64,000 bases of DNA, taken from the NCBI GenBank assembly GCA_025603075.1, contig MU626261.1, forward strand, positions 249,601 through 313,600, given 5' to 3'. Within the stretch, counting starts at the first letter, position 1, and every line of letters begins with the position of its first letter. Shown piece after piece: positions 1 through 15,315 of the stretch. This DNA comes from Neoconidiobolus thromboides FSU 785. Taxonomy: Eukaryota > Fungi > Entomophthoromycota. A model generated the notes under the pieces. That model worked only from the letters and a program-made list of their open reading frames with translations. It did no database searches and was not told the DNA's origin. The translations under genes were made by a program, and so were the position numbers.

Positions 1-1
1 A

Positions 2-1394
2 AGAGTTCAATCAGATGCTTTAGCTATTGAACCAGAACCAGTTTCACCTAGAGTATTAAATAAATGGGGACTTGGATATCAATCAGAATATGATCTACTT
101 AACGAAGAGGAATATGTTTTAACCAAACTTGAGGTGAAAAGATTGATAACTAAGCATTCAAGGATAACACCGTTTTATAAAGAATTTGAGAGCAATAAAC
201 CATGGATGTCACTTTATAAAGAACGCTATTCAACCATTAAAAACTGGAACAATGGCAAACCAGAGCATATTAGAATTCAAATAGAAAAAGTCCAAGTAAT
301 AACTTGTCTTCAGTTTGATGAACATAAACTTGTAATAGGCTCCGAAACTTCCCCAGTTTTGGTCTATGATATTAATAGTGGGGATCTTTTACATGAACTT
401 TGTGGGCATGAAGGAGGGGTATGGACCTTACAATTTGTTGGGAACACTTTAGTTACTGGGTCTACCGATCGAACTGTAAGAGTTTGGGATCTCAAAAATG
501 GGATATGTTCACATGTTTTTGATGGACATACTAGTACTATTAGATGTTTACAAATTGTACTCCCAGTCGATGTTTATGAAAAGGATCAGTATAGAACTGT
601 CAAAAGGCAAGAGCCAACTTGTCCTTTACTTGTAACTGGCTCGAGAGATTTTGATTTAAGGGTATGGCGCTTACCTTCTCCAGAATTGGATGAACATGAA
701 GATTTTGAGCATGCTGATAAAGAAAATCCTTATTTATTACATGTACTTTCTGGACATAATGCTTCAGTAAGAGCATTGGCAGCTCATGGGAATTGCCTTG
801 TTAGTGGGAGTTATGATAGCACCGTTAAAGTTTGGGATCTCAGTAGTGGTAAAGAGGTAAAACATTTAACTGGACATAACAACAAAGTATATAGTGTAGT
901 ATTAGATCACCAAAATAAGCGATGTATTAGTGGAAGTTTAGATCATACTATACGTGTATGGGATATTGAAAGTGGAGCATGTCTTCATGTACTTAGTGGT
1001 AAGTCAATATTATATGATAAAGATCTATATTAAAAATAAATTAGATCATAATGGTTTAGTTGGACTCTTGCAATTATCACCACATTATTTAGTTTCAGCT
1101 GGGGCCGATGCTGTAATTCGAGTTTGGGATCCAATTACATTTGAATGCCTTCATTCTTTCAAAGGTCATCAAGCAGCCATTATGTCAATAAGTGTCAATG
1201 GATCTAGAATTGTTTCTGGATCGGATGGAGGAATTAAGCTTTGGGATACAAAAACAGGGAAATTTGTTAGAAATTTAGTTGAAGAAGTTAATGGGGTATG
1301 GCAAATTAAGTCGAATCAATCCCATTGTGTTGCAGCAGTGAGTACAGATAATTCCACTTGGCTTGAGATTATGAATTTTACAAGTCGAGGATGA
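2..1394 (+). CDS. CDC4: F-box/WD40 SCF substrate receptor (Cdc4/Fbw7-like), 5'-truncated by the window edge; one intron 999-1044
   Basis: Seven to eight WD40 repeats (GHEGGVWTL, SGSYDSTVKVWD, SGSLDHTIRVWD). The frame is open from base 2. ORFs 134-1033 and 954-1394 join through a GTAAGT...TTAG intron. The F-box itself is not visible in the window. Confidence 0.85.
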
Positions 1395-1923
1395 CAAATT
1401 TAAGATTACTTTTTAAATTATACCCCTATCTTTAATAAACTATTTACTTATTTAATTTTACTTTATATTCAATAATTTCGTTATGGAATTTTTATTATGT
1501 TTTTTTAAATTTGTTATAAAATATTTAAAATAATTTTATAGATTTAGTTTTAAAAAGATATTAATCTAAATCCTACATTCTTAAAGATTCTCTAATGTTT
1601 TATCTATTATAAATTATTTTGGGTCAACCTAGATTTCAAACCCTTCTTATTTGAAATATAAAGAATTACTTATAAAATTCTAAGTTATGATTTTTATTAA
1701 ATTTAAATAAAAGATAAAGAAAGTTCCATAATAATAAAAATAAAAGTTTACTAATAATAGAATAAACCAATTTAACAAGATCTTAAATGTAAAAGCACTG
1801 CTTAAAACGATAACGGATATAAAAATATGAAATATTCGATTCAATTCAAATTAAATAAAGAAATACAATTATAATTATTTAAAAATAGATGAATGGTAAA
1901 ATGAAAATGTTTACAAAAAATAG

Positions 1924-4451
1924 TTAAGAATGAAGTGAAAAAGAAGTAGATTTAGATCTTCTTTGTTCTTGTCTCGCAGCTGATACTGCAAACGAAGCTT
2001 GTCTAGATGTATGTTGTTGAATTAAACATGGTTCACAATAAGGTTGTTGTGATACTTCTCCAAATGGTGTACTTGGTGTAATTACTATTTTACATCCAGT
2101 ACATCTAAAACACTGTACAAATAAAAGAATTAATCAATTAATTTATTTTTTAATAACTATTTTTATAAAAATTTGTTACCTCGGAATGAAAATTGGTGCC
2201 ATTGTTAGTAACAAATACACCTTCAATAAACTTATTACATTTGCCACACATGACTTGATCTTTTTTAGGTAAACACTAAATAATTATATGTTAAATACAA
2301 TCAAATCAATCAAGTCAAATTACACTTACCTCACGATGATATTCTTTCCCATCTTGAGAAATATAAGTACCTTGATCAAATTGTTTTTTACAACCAAAAC
2401 AAATAAAACATTTAGGATGATATTGACGACCATTGGTTAATGTAAAACATGGTCCAGTTATAATGGAACTACAGCAATCACATAAATCTTCTGGTTCTGC
2501 TGTAACATCAGACATTGGACTTAAGGTCATTTGTAACAAACACTATATTAAAAAATACGTTAATAAATTAGTAGATTGATTAAATGTTAATTTTGTTTTA
2601 TCTATGTTATTTACTTACTTCTGCATGATATTCTTCATCATTATAAACACTATATTTACCATCTTCAAATAACTTATTACATGATCTACAAGTAAAGCAT
2701 TCTTTATGTAAAATTCGTCCATCTAATAATCGAAACCAAGTATCAATTATAGATTGTTGACATTTATTACAATTTAATTTTTTATTGACTTCATTACTAA
2801 TTGATTCTTTTTCTACATTTAAGTTTTCTTTAACTATATTATTATTATTTGAAGGCTCAATTGGTACTTTTAATTTAGTTTCATTTATTTCTAAATTAAT
2901 ATTTTTTGTCCAATCTGAATTGTCTAATTTATCTAATTTATCTAATTTATCTAATTTTAAGTCATCGATTAAAGTATTCTTGTTATTTTTGTCATTAAAA
3001 TTAAATGAAATTGGACGTGTCTTATTAAGTGAAAATCGTTTACTTAAATCATTTGATTTAGTAATATTAATCATTGATTTTGGCTCATTAGTAGTATTAT
3101 CTTGTATATTGTTGTTATTGGGTAGCTGATTATTATTTCTAACAAACATAGAAGATCTTTTAGATAAGTTATTATCGTCAACATTAGCTAATGGAGATAT
3201 TTGCGATAAATTATTTGATATATTTGGTCCTTTAGATTGAACTGGTAAACTTGTTCTTTTTGATTTTGAATCTAAAGATAACATTGAAATTGGACGTCTT
3301 GAAAAAGTTGGACCTTTAAAATCTTTTCCTCTTCTACTAGCCATTAAATCAGCAAACGATAATCCACTAGAAGTTTCAGATACATTTCTTGGTCTACCGC
3401 GAATAGAAGTTGATGGTAAATTACTTTTATTTACTGATTGTTGTAAATTTTGAAATGTTTTTGAATAAGAAGGTGATACTAAATTAGAAACATCTTCTTT
3501 TTCTAAAGGTTTGGTTTCTAAATTTAACAATTTTAATGTATCTGATAAATTTTCGGTATTTTTTTCCAAATCTTTAACTGAAAAAGAATGTCTTGGTCGA
3601 TGTTTAATAAATAATGGGTTATCTTCTTTTGTTTCTTTGTTAATTTCTTTATGTTCTAAACTAACAACTTCTTGCTCTGGTGTATTAATTGAAGGAGAAG
3701 AATGAGTTGATGCTGTTAGTTTATCATAACAATCTTTACATTGTAATTTTCCATCCAGTTCAAAACCAGATCGATTCAATCGTATGGAACATGTTTCACA
3801 AATAAAACAAGCCTAAACAACCATAAGATTATATTAAATAAAGAATAAAATTAATTACTCGATGATAATGGTTGGAATTAAATTCAATAGTTAAAGCTGA
3901 TCCCAAATTTAACATTGATGAACATTTATTACTATTTTAACTAATTAATAAAATCAAGCTTTATGACTTTAAAATTACCATTTTCCCTCCCTTAGTCTAT
4001 TAACTGAGATTTCTTTAGTTTTAACTTCCTCTTTCTAAATTAAAAATTAATATTATACTAGCATAAAACTTTTAGCTTAATTAATACCTTAATAGAGCTA
4101 GCAATTGATAATGTATCCTGTTCCAATTTGTCCGAATTAAGTGAGCTATCAATACTTTGTTTTTTAGTTAATTTATTTAAGTTGGGTGCATATGTTTTAT
4201 TTTGTGGTTTATCCAAATATCTTTTTAAAAGATTTGTCATTATTATTATTATTAATGTATATATAATTAATATTTACGTTGCAGACCAAGCGTCTCTATT
4301 TGTTAATCCAGAAGCTGTAGCCGCTAAATAAATAATCCATTAATAAAAATAAAAAATAAATATTGGTTTCATTCTTACTTGATACTTTTCCTTTACATCT
4401 TGGACATCTAGGAGTATTCGCTAATTCACCACAACTGGTACAAAATCCCAT
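1924..4451 (-). CDS. Multi-LIM-domain protein (4 LIM domains, N-terminal CxxC..CxxC motif, low-complexity Asn/Ser centre), ~8 exons
   Basis: Start MGFCTSCGELANTPRCPRC at 4451. LIM motifs: CNKC..HYHRACFICETC, CNKC..HKECFTCRSC, CDCC..HPKCFICFGC, C-terminal CFRCTGC..YCEPC. Stop TAA at 1924-1926. Confidence 0.88.
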
Positions 4452-5344
4452 TTTTCTTTTTTCTTTTTAAAATGAAAATAATAAATAAAAAAACACAATA
4501 ATTTTAAAAATATTCCACTTGAAAATGGTTGAATTCGTTAGTTACCGGTTAAGCTAAGTTTCGATATTTTAATATTAAGATAGGATTTGATTGGCTCAAA
4601 AATTTAAAGTCTTCAAAAACTCCAGTGTTTATTTTAAGTTTATTATGTTTTTGTTGATTTAAATGGTTGAAAATTAGAACTATTAAGTATTTCAATTTTT
4701 AACTAAAAAATTATAAAGGACAATGATCGTTAAATTGATTATTTTATATTACCTTTAATATTATTATTATTGATAATAAAGTAAAATAAAATAAAATAAA
4801 TATAAAAATTTATAACGGAATAAAATTAGGTTATTGAATTATGATGTCATATTTTTTTAGTATAAATTAATTTCAAATTCAAGTACTCTGACTATTTCAC
4901 TATTTTAAGCTTGAAATTTATGATTTGAATAAATTTTCAAGTATATTTTTAGATTTTAAAATCTTAAAATAAATAATCTTATTTTTACAAATAGAAGCTT
5001 TTAAAGTTCTAGTTTACATTTGAGTATGCTTTTTTTTCAGTATTTTGTCCACTTTTTTATCTAGCTTAATTTGAAAAAACAGCTAAACTTAATAACTTTT
5101 TAAAAATTGTGGTAAATATTACTCATTTAACAAGTTACAATTCTAAAAATGATATTAAAATTCTAGATATCGGAATTATTTAAGCTTCGTTTCGTACTTT
5201 ATAATCAATAGAGTCAGTTTATTCATTTTAAAATTAAAGAATATAAAAGTTAGAGAAATAAAAAACTACTCATTAATACTATTTCTCTCCTAATTTAGCT
5301 TCTAAAAAGTATTAATAATCCACTTCAATTATCAAACTTATCTC

Positions 5345-7917
<2,573 letters not shown>

Positions 7918-8199
7918 AATTTTAATAAAGAATATATATTTTTATCAAACTAAAAGTTGGAATTAAATTTACGTACCACAGATATAAAATTTAAATCTAT
8001 AATATGTATTGGTGGTTTTTATAATCAATAATCTTATTATTACGCTAATTTGATGCTTAGCTTTCAAGTTTTTGTTCTTAAATAAGCTAAAAATTAGTGC
8101 ATATTTGGACTAAATTAATTATAAAGTGTAATTGGTTTAACCATTTGTCATTTTCAAGAAAATCAAAATTATTTTCGTCATCTTTTAAAAAAAATCCAA

Positions 8200-9413
8200 A
8201 TGAGTACTTTAAAATTAATAAGTTCCAATAAATGTTATGGTGGAGTAGTACAAAAATACTCCCATTACAGCGAAGCATGTAATTGTGAAATGAAGTTTTC
8301 TATATTTCAACCGTCAATTCAAGAAAACATTAAATATCCAGTAATATTATAATCATTTTATTAGTTTAATGGAGAACTGATATTAAATTTAGGGTTTATT
8401 TTATTTATCGGGATTAACTTGTACAGAGGATAACTTTATACAAAAATCAAATGCGATTCCAAGAGCTAGTCAATTAGGTTTATTTTTAGTTTGTCCAGAT
8501 ACTAGCCCAAGTAAGAAAATCATTATTAGCAATAATAAAATAGTTAATTTTTTAAATCATAGGAAATTGTAATATTGAAGGAGAAAATGATAGTTATGAT
8601 TTAGGAACTGGTAATTTGTTTTATTTGTATTCAATTAGTTAATTGACTGATAATTTACTAATAATATAGGTGCTGGTTTTTACGTTGATGCAACAGAAAG
8701 TAAATGGACCAAACATTATAATATGTACACATATATTACCAAAGAGTTAAGTGAGTTAATATTTAATAATTTTCCGATTGTAAGTATTTTTTTTATTGTT
8801 ATTTCAATGTTGAAAATATTAACAGAATACATAATTAGGATTCAGAAAGAGTATCTATATTTGGTCATTCGATGGTATTTTATTATTAAAATATGTTTTT
8901 TTGTTGAATTAAATATTGACAATTATTTTTATTAGGGAGGTCATGGTGCTCTTACTATTGCATTAAAAAATAAGAATCAATTCAAAAGTTGTTCAGCATT
9001 TGCACCTATTTGTAATCCGATTAATTGCAATTGGGGTAAAAAAGCATTGTCAAGTTATTTAGGTAATTAATAGCATATAATAACATATAATAATAATAAT
9101 GCTTTTATTTTACATAGGCAATGATGAAACCAAATGGATTGAATATGATACTTGTGAATTGCTAAAAAAACAAAGCAATATTCTGCCAATTCTTATTCAT
9201 CAAGGTGAAAGTGATGAGTTCTTAGAAAAGAAGGAATTGTTATTAGAGAATTTAGAAGTTATCGTTAACGAAAAGTTTCCTAATAATGAAGCTTCATCAA
9301 CTCCATTCATTATTCAAGTATGTGAAGGTTATGATCATTCCTATTGGTTTATTCAAACTTTTATTAATGAACATCTTAATTTTCATGCCAAATATTTAAA
9401 TATTAAAGTTTAA
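8200..9413 (+). CDS. ESD: S-formylglutathione hydrolase / esterase D, multi-exon
   Basis: [47 protein letters not shown]-intron-GGHGAL, [22 protein letters not shown]. Confidence 0.93.
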
Positions 9414-9788
9414 ATAAAAAGATATCAATCTATATTTATAATGACATATGGGATTGTTGTATTTGACTAACTATAAACTATTATACTTTTGCAAACTCCT
9501 TTTAATATTAATTTTTTGTAGTTAATATAATAATAGTATTTGAAATATATTGATTTTTTGTAGTATATATTTTAATATCAATTATTTAGTGTGCATACGT
9601 ATTATATTTTAAAAATATTAGCAAATATTATTTGTAATTTTTCTAAAAATTGATTTCAATTTTACTAAATGGAATACAATTTTATATGAAATCAATATGA
9701 AATTTCTAGAATTCAATAGTTTATAAATTCATAAACCTTTATTTTCTGATCTCTTTTTAATCAACAAGTTTGTTTTTTATATAAAAAG

Positions 9789-11651
9789 ATGAAAGTGGAT
9801 ACTCAACAATTAGAATGTAATAGAAGCTTAATTAACATTAACTTTGAAGGTTATAAAAGTAAACAAATCAATTCTTTTGCAGTAGAACAACTGTTATTAC
9901 CCAAAATAAATAGAGATATTAAAGAAGGTTTGTTAAATTTAAATGATAAAGAGAAATTGTGGTATTTGACACAATATTACCAAATAGATGTAATTGGAAA
10001 TAAAATCAATTATAATGGAGAAGAGATTTTAATTTATTTAAGTTTAAATTGGACAATTAATTTAGTTAAAATCAAACAAGAAGAGATATTAGTGAAAGAA
10101 GTTATTACATTAAATGATTTCAATCAAGTAGGTATACCAAAATTAAAAGTACTACAATTTAATGAAGAGAATGGAACTGGATTATTACTATTTAATTTGA
10201 ATCAAATAGTTAATATTTTGAAATTAGATTTAAATAATGTGGATGCTACTATTGTGAGTTTAATACAATTCAATTTAAGTGATATGGATTCCAAATTGAC
10301 TAACAACATGTTGTTTTTATATGCCACTCAATTTAACAACAATAGTGTTAAACTTTTAATTAAATCAAGTAATTATAATGTTAACGATGATATTAATAAT
10401 GAAGAAGATAGAAGTGAAGGGAAGAATAAAAAGGATAAGAAATGTTTATTATTAGAATATAATTTTACATTAAATCAAAATGAGAATACAATTTTGAATT
10501 TTAATTTAAATAAGATATTTCAAGGTAAAGATAATCCTATACATTGTTATTATGAAGTAAAAGAAGAGGAATTAATTATATTAAGTAATAATGAATTTCA
10601 ATTAATTTATAATCAAGAAGGAATTAAAGCAATTGAAGAAACAGAAAGTCAACAGAATAAAAATATTGAAAATTCAACCAAATATTATTGGACACAAACA
10701 AATGAAGATATAACGATAACAATATTGTTAACGAATGAACAAATTCAATATTTAAAACAAAGTGATGAAATAAAAATTAAAAAAAATCAATTTTATTTAC
10801 CAATATTAAATTATAATAATATATCATGGTATGATAATATAATAGAAGAAGAAAGTTACTGGACAATACAAGATCAACAATTTTTAAATATTTATTTAGA
10901 AAAATCGAATTATAATACTCGATGGCCACATTTGTTTAATATTGATGATAACATATTAGAAATATTAGATCCAAATGAATTGTTTGAAATTAAACAAAAT
11001 TTATTAAAATACACTAATAATAATAAAAATGACATTAAATATAGGAATAATTTAAATTATTCATTTATGAATGAAATTGAAAAAGAAGATTTTGAAGGAA
11101 ATGAAGTTAATATTTTTAATTATAATAAACAAGGTAACTCAAATATTATAATTTAAATATTACAATTTGAATGTTGTAATAATATTAATAATTTTATTTT
11201 ATTAGGCCAACTCAATAAGATTTATTTATCAAATGGTAAATATTTACTTGGATTTAACATTAAAAAGAATTATGAAGAAAGAAAAAATATATTATTAAAA
11301 AATGATGTAGATGCATTAGTATTTGAATGGAATAATAATAATAATAATAATAATCAATTACAATTACAACATCAAAATACATTTAATGCCATTGGATATA
11401 TACAAAGTTCAAAACAAGATAAAAAAATTGTTTTATATTCAAATGACAAAAAGTGGTTATTTATTATTGAATTTAATACTTATTGTTATATTTATTATAA
11501 TGTTAATTTTGACAATCAAATATTACCTCAGTTTATTATTAAATTACCAGATACTTCCGATATTATTGGTATAAATTTAATTCAAGATCAATATCTTGTT
11601 TTAGTTACTATGGAATCGATATTTAAAATTGATTTGATAAAGTTATTATAA
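9789..11651 (+). CDS. NUDCD1: NudC domain-containing protein 1 (CS/p23 domain), one intron near 11133-11205
   Basis: CS domain KYYWTQTNEDITITI..EESYWTI..LEK..RWPHLF. C-terminal NDVDALVF..HQNTFNAIGYIQSSKQDKK matches the family motif. Stop TAA at 11649-11651. Confidence 0.8.
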
Positions 11652-11703
11652 TAAATATAATAATTAGATATTACTATTTTATTTTTTTGTCTTATTATTT
11701 TGT

Positions 11704-12603
11704 TTATAATGAGTTGGATAAAAATGAAGTTATACTAGTTTGAGTAGGATCATAAGGTGAGCTAGCATTAATACTTCTTTTTAAGGGTAATTTATTATAA
11801 TGTTCCGTACAATTTCTTAATAATAATCGAAAAGGACCTTGTCCTAATTGAATTCTCCAAATACAAGTATTATCCGAACGGATACCAGATAAAGAAGCTC
11901 TTGAAGTAGCATCTGATTTTGAATAAGGATGATCAGCAATAGCTGGTATCAATTGATTAATAGTTAATCCATGACAAACAATTAGTATATGAGTCGGGTT
12001 ATCGGATAATGGTTGAATTTTATTATTAATTATGTTAGATAATATCAATTTCCATATAGATGAACATCTTAAATATAAATCTTGTTTGGATTCACCATTT
12101 GGAAATTTTAATTGAAATCTTTCTGCCCAAGACAAATTCATATCCCGCATTTTTTCAGTGATTTCTCGAACTTTAGGTAAATGAGGTTCCATACCATCAA
12201 TATCACCAAAATCTTGTTCTCTTAATTCTTTATGATAGTGAATATTATCGAAAACCTCTTGAGTTGAGATATTGAACTCATGTTCTTTTACAATAGCCTC
12301 ACAAGTTAATTTAGCTCGTTTTAAATCCGAACAAAAGATATGAGTAAACTATAGAACATTATTAATAATTCAACTATTTCGATAGAACATAAAAGTATTA
12401 ATTTCAAATACTTACTTTGTCATTTTTTAAATACTGTCCAGCTAATGTAGCTTGTAAATAGCCCCAATTAGTCAAATTACAATCATGATTTCCACTCCAT
12501 TTTTGTTTTAAATTATCAATGGATTCCCCACTTGAAAATTTTACATTAGTCAATGAAAAATATAGCTAAATAATACTTACTGTCTAACAATAGTAACTAA
12601 CAT
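11704..12603 (-). CDS. Histidine phosphatase / phosphoglycerate mutase superfamily protein, multi-exon
   Basis: MLVTIVRH start at 12603, IFCSDLKRAKLT, LREQDFGDIDG, GES..DL..R, ILIVCHG, NTCI..I..L..NCTEH. Confidence 0.85.
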
Positions 12604-13321
12604 TATGTTATAAGATTTCTAAACAATTGCTAAGAAAATAAAAAATATAAGAATTTATTTTTTCATTTGATTTTTTTTAAATTCTATTATTAGCCTAAAT
12701 CACGCGTGTATTTTAGTTGAATGAAGCTTTGATATTTTATTGGTTCAAAATATGAACTTGGTTTTTAACTGCGAATATTAATTTGAATTTTCAATAAAAA
12801 GGGTGACTTGATAAGTTTAAGACTTTTATCGAAAAGGTGACTGTTTATTTTATATGATTGAGTCAATTTACCATAATTTAAAAAGTCTTTGTAACTAGCT
12901 TCTATAAATCATTGAGAATAACACTTTTTTACTTATCGTTTAGAATGATTTAGCATAAATTTATTAAAGATCTTAAAACAATTAAAATTTTTAAATCTAA
13001 TTAAAATTTGTTTTAATCATTAGTAGTTTTACTAATGAAAATTATTGCTGTTACTATTTTGACATTTTGTTTTACTTTTAGAAGTTGTTTAAATAATGTT
13101 TTAGAGTTTTATTGATATTGCTTTATTTAATGAATTCAATTGTTAGCCTATATTGCCAGTACAATGATTAATACTCTATTAGAAATAATATTAATACTTT
13201 GTAATAAAATTGTAGCTTTATTTTAAATAGTATTAGTGTTATTAACACAAGCAAAAATAATATAAAGAAAAGTGTAGTTATGGTCTTTTTATTATAGTGC
13301 CTTTATTAACATTTCATTATT

Positions 13322-13419
13322 GGGGATGTATTTTTTTTGTTTAAGACTTTTACTAGTAGTTTTTCCACTCAAATAGCGCTTAAAAGAGAAAAGATAATGA
13401 AGCCAAAAAAAATATCACC
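13322..13419 (+). mobile_element. ~98-bp MITE family A, copy 1
   Basis: GGGGATGTATTTTT...CCACTCAAATAGCGCTTAAAA...GCCAAAAAAAATATCACC; matches the family consensus. Confidence 0.85.
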
Positions 13420-13459
13420 ATTATTAACTTAAATTTATCTATTTTTATCAATTCTATAT

Positions 13460-13557
13460 GGGGTGTTTTTTTGGCTTTATTGTTTTTTCCATCTTTTAAG
13501 CACTATTTGAGTGAAAAAATTGTTAATAAATTCTTTAAATACAAAAAATACATCCCC
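13460..13557 (-). mobile_element. MITE family A, copy 2 (inverted relative to copy 1, 40-bp spacer)
   Basis: GGGGTGTTTTT...AAGCACTATTTGAGTG...AATACATCCCC; flanks ATAT/ATAC. Confidence 0.88.
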
Positions 13558-13760
13558 ATACATTCCATTTCAATTAAAATTTATAAAGTATGATTTTAAA
13601 TAGTATCATTATGAACACTATTAAAATTAAAATAAATTGTTAAATCATTAATCAAAAGAATAGTCGTTCTTTAAAAAATATTACAGTAAATTAATAACAA
13701 TTATACAATTAATAAAAATATTGATTTGAATATGTTCAATTAAAAGAGAATTCAATATAT

Positions 13761-13858
13761 GGGGATGCATTTTCGTATTTAAGGAATTTACTAACAATTT
13801 TTCCACTTAAATAGCGCTTAAAAAATGAAAAAAGTGATGAAACCAAAAAAACACACTT
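13761..13858 (+). mobile_element. MITE family A, copy 3
   Basis: GGGGATGCATTTT...CCACTTAAATAGCGCTTAAAA...; flanks ATAT/ATAT. Confidence 0.87.
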
Positions 13859-14010
13859 ATATATATGAGTTTAATAATTAATAAAATTTACACTTAGCGA
13901 TATAAAAAAATTGTTAATATAAATAAATATGTAACTTAAATGCAATATCTATTTAGCCTCTATTTTTATTTCGAAGATCATAGTAGGCTGTAATAACTAA
14001 ATATAAAGTC

Positions 14011-14667
14011 CTTGGAGCAACGGAAACCGAATTTTTTGATGAAAGTTATGAACGTCATGTATTTGTGAAAACACAACGTCAAGAAGCATATGGTGTGCCA
14101 ATCAAATTAAGTCCATTAAGTAATTGTAACTAGGAAAGTAATTATCTGTTATCTTATGAAAGCGGTACTGTTGAACTAAAATCCGATATACAAACTTCTG
14201 GTTTTGAAGCAGACTTTGACTTTGACCTTGAAGGGTTTTCAATGGGAGGTAATTATGAAGTAAGAAATTATATTACAATAGAAATTATATTAACAACTTC
14301 CAGTCATTCTTTAAGTAAAGAAGAAATCGGACTCTTTTATTTTAAACCAAGATATGAGATGTTTTTCTTGGTCTCATTACTTTTTCCATCTTTTAAGCAT
14401 TATTTGAGTGGAAAGGTTATTAGCAAGATTCTTAAACACAAAAATACATCTCCATATCAATATTGAAAAATGGATCATGCTGGCTATCAATTTGTGGGAG
14501 AAACAGTATGTAAAGCTAAAGTTGCCCAACTTCCTATAATTACTAAAGGTATAATCTTTGAAGGTGTAGTAAATTTACTAAAAAAATGCAGTCTTATTAT
14601 AAAAAAAGAACTTTGTGAAAATACTGAATTATTCACTGAGTACCAATTTAATAAAGCTGTACAATAA
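14011..14667 (+). pseudogene. Decayed gene for a probable secreted beta-rich protein; two in-frame stops plus a MITE insertion
   Basis: One frame runs from 14011 (LGATETEFFDESYERHVFVKTQRQEAYGVPIKLSP) through TAG 14131-14133, SGFEADFDFDLEGFSMGGNYEV..GLFYFKPRY, the MITE and TGA 14464-14466 to MDHAGYQFVGETVCK. Removing the MITE plus one TSD (102 bp) keeps the frame. Confidence 0.6.
14356..14453 (-). mobile_element. MITE family A, copy 4 (inside the pseudogene)
   Basis: GAGATGTTTTT...AATACATCTCC with ATAT/ATAT duplication. Confidence 0.9.
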
Positions 14668-15315
14668 ATTACAAATTAACACTGTTATATAACAGTAATA
14701 ACTATCTTATCGAACTATAATGATAGTCAATATTTTTATTATGATAGAATTCAAGTCTGAGAAAAAATAGTTTACGATTTTTGAAGATAAATGATTTAAG
14801 ATGTTTTCCGCTAAATACATATTAGATTATAAATTAGTTATAGCTTATACATAATATACATCTTTAGTATATGCCCTATAATACGAAAAAGCTTTTATAT
14901 AGAACTCGATGTATAGTTAATAAAATAAAATGCACAGAATTTCATAAGCTAGAACCAAATAATATTAACTTCAATATAATAAACAGCAAGTAAAAATGTG
15001 ATATAAAATAGCACTAGCTTTATAAAACTGCAGATACATTGGCTTTTGCCTTAGTTAGCTAAAACATACCATTATTTTTCTTTCGAACAATAATAAAATG
15101 CTTTGTTCAAAACATCAAACACTTTGAACTATTATTTAATTAAAAAGATAGTATAATATGATAGTAGTCAACCTGATACCAAATATATTAGTAGTTTGGC
15201 TGTTTACCAAATATGGAAATTAAATTCACAAAATTTAAAACAAGGACAATTATGTGTAATAAAAGGAGAAAATATATTGCCGGCTTAAAAGTTTTCATTT
15301 TTTAAAACATCAATC

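Noticed and set aside
2785-3705. Plus-strand ORFs 2785-3129 and 3511-3705
   Set aside because: Antisense to the large LIM-protein exon; no independent motifs.
11330-11354. (AAT)n microsatellite
   Set aside because: An in-frame poly-Asn tract in NUDCD1, common in AT-rich fungal genes.
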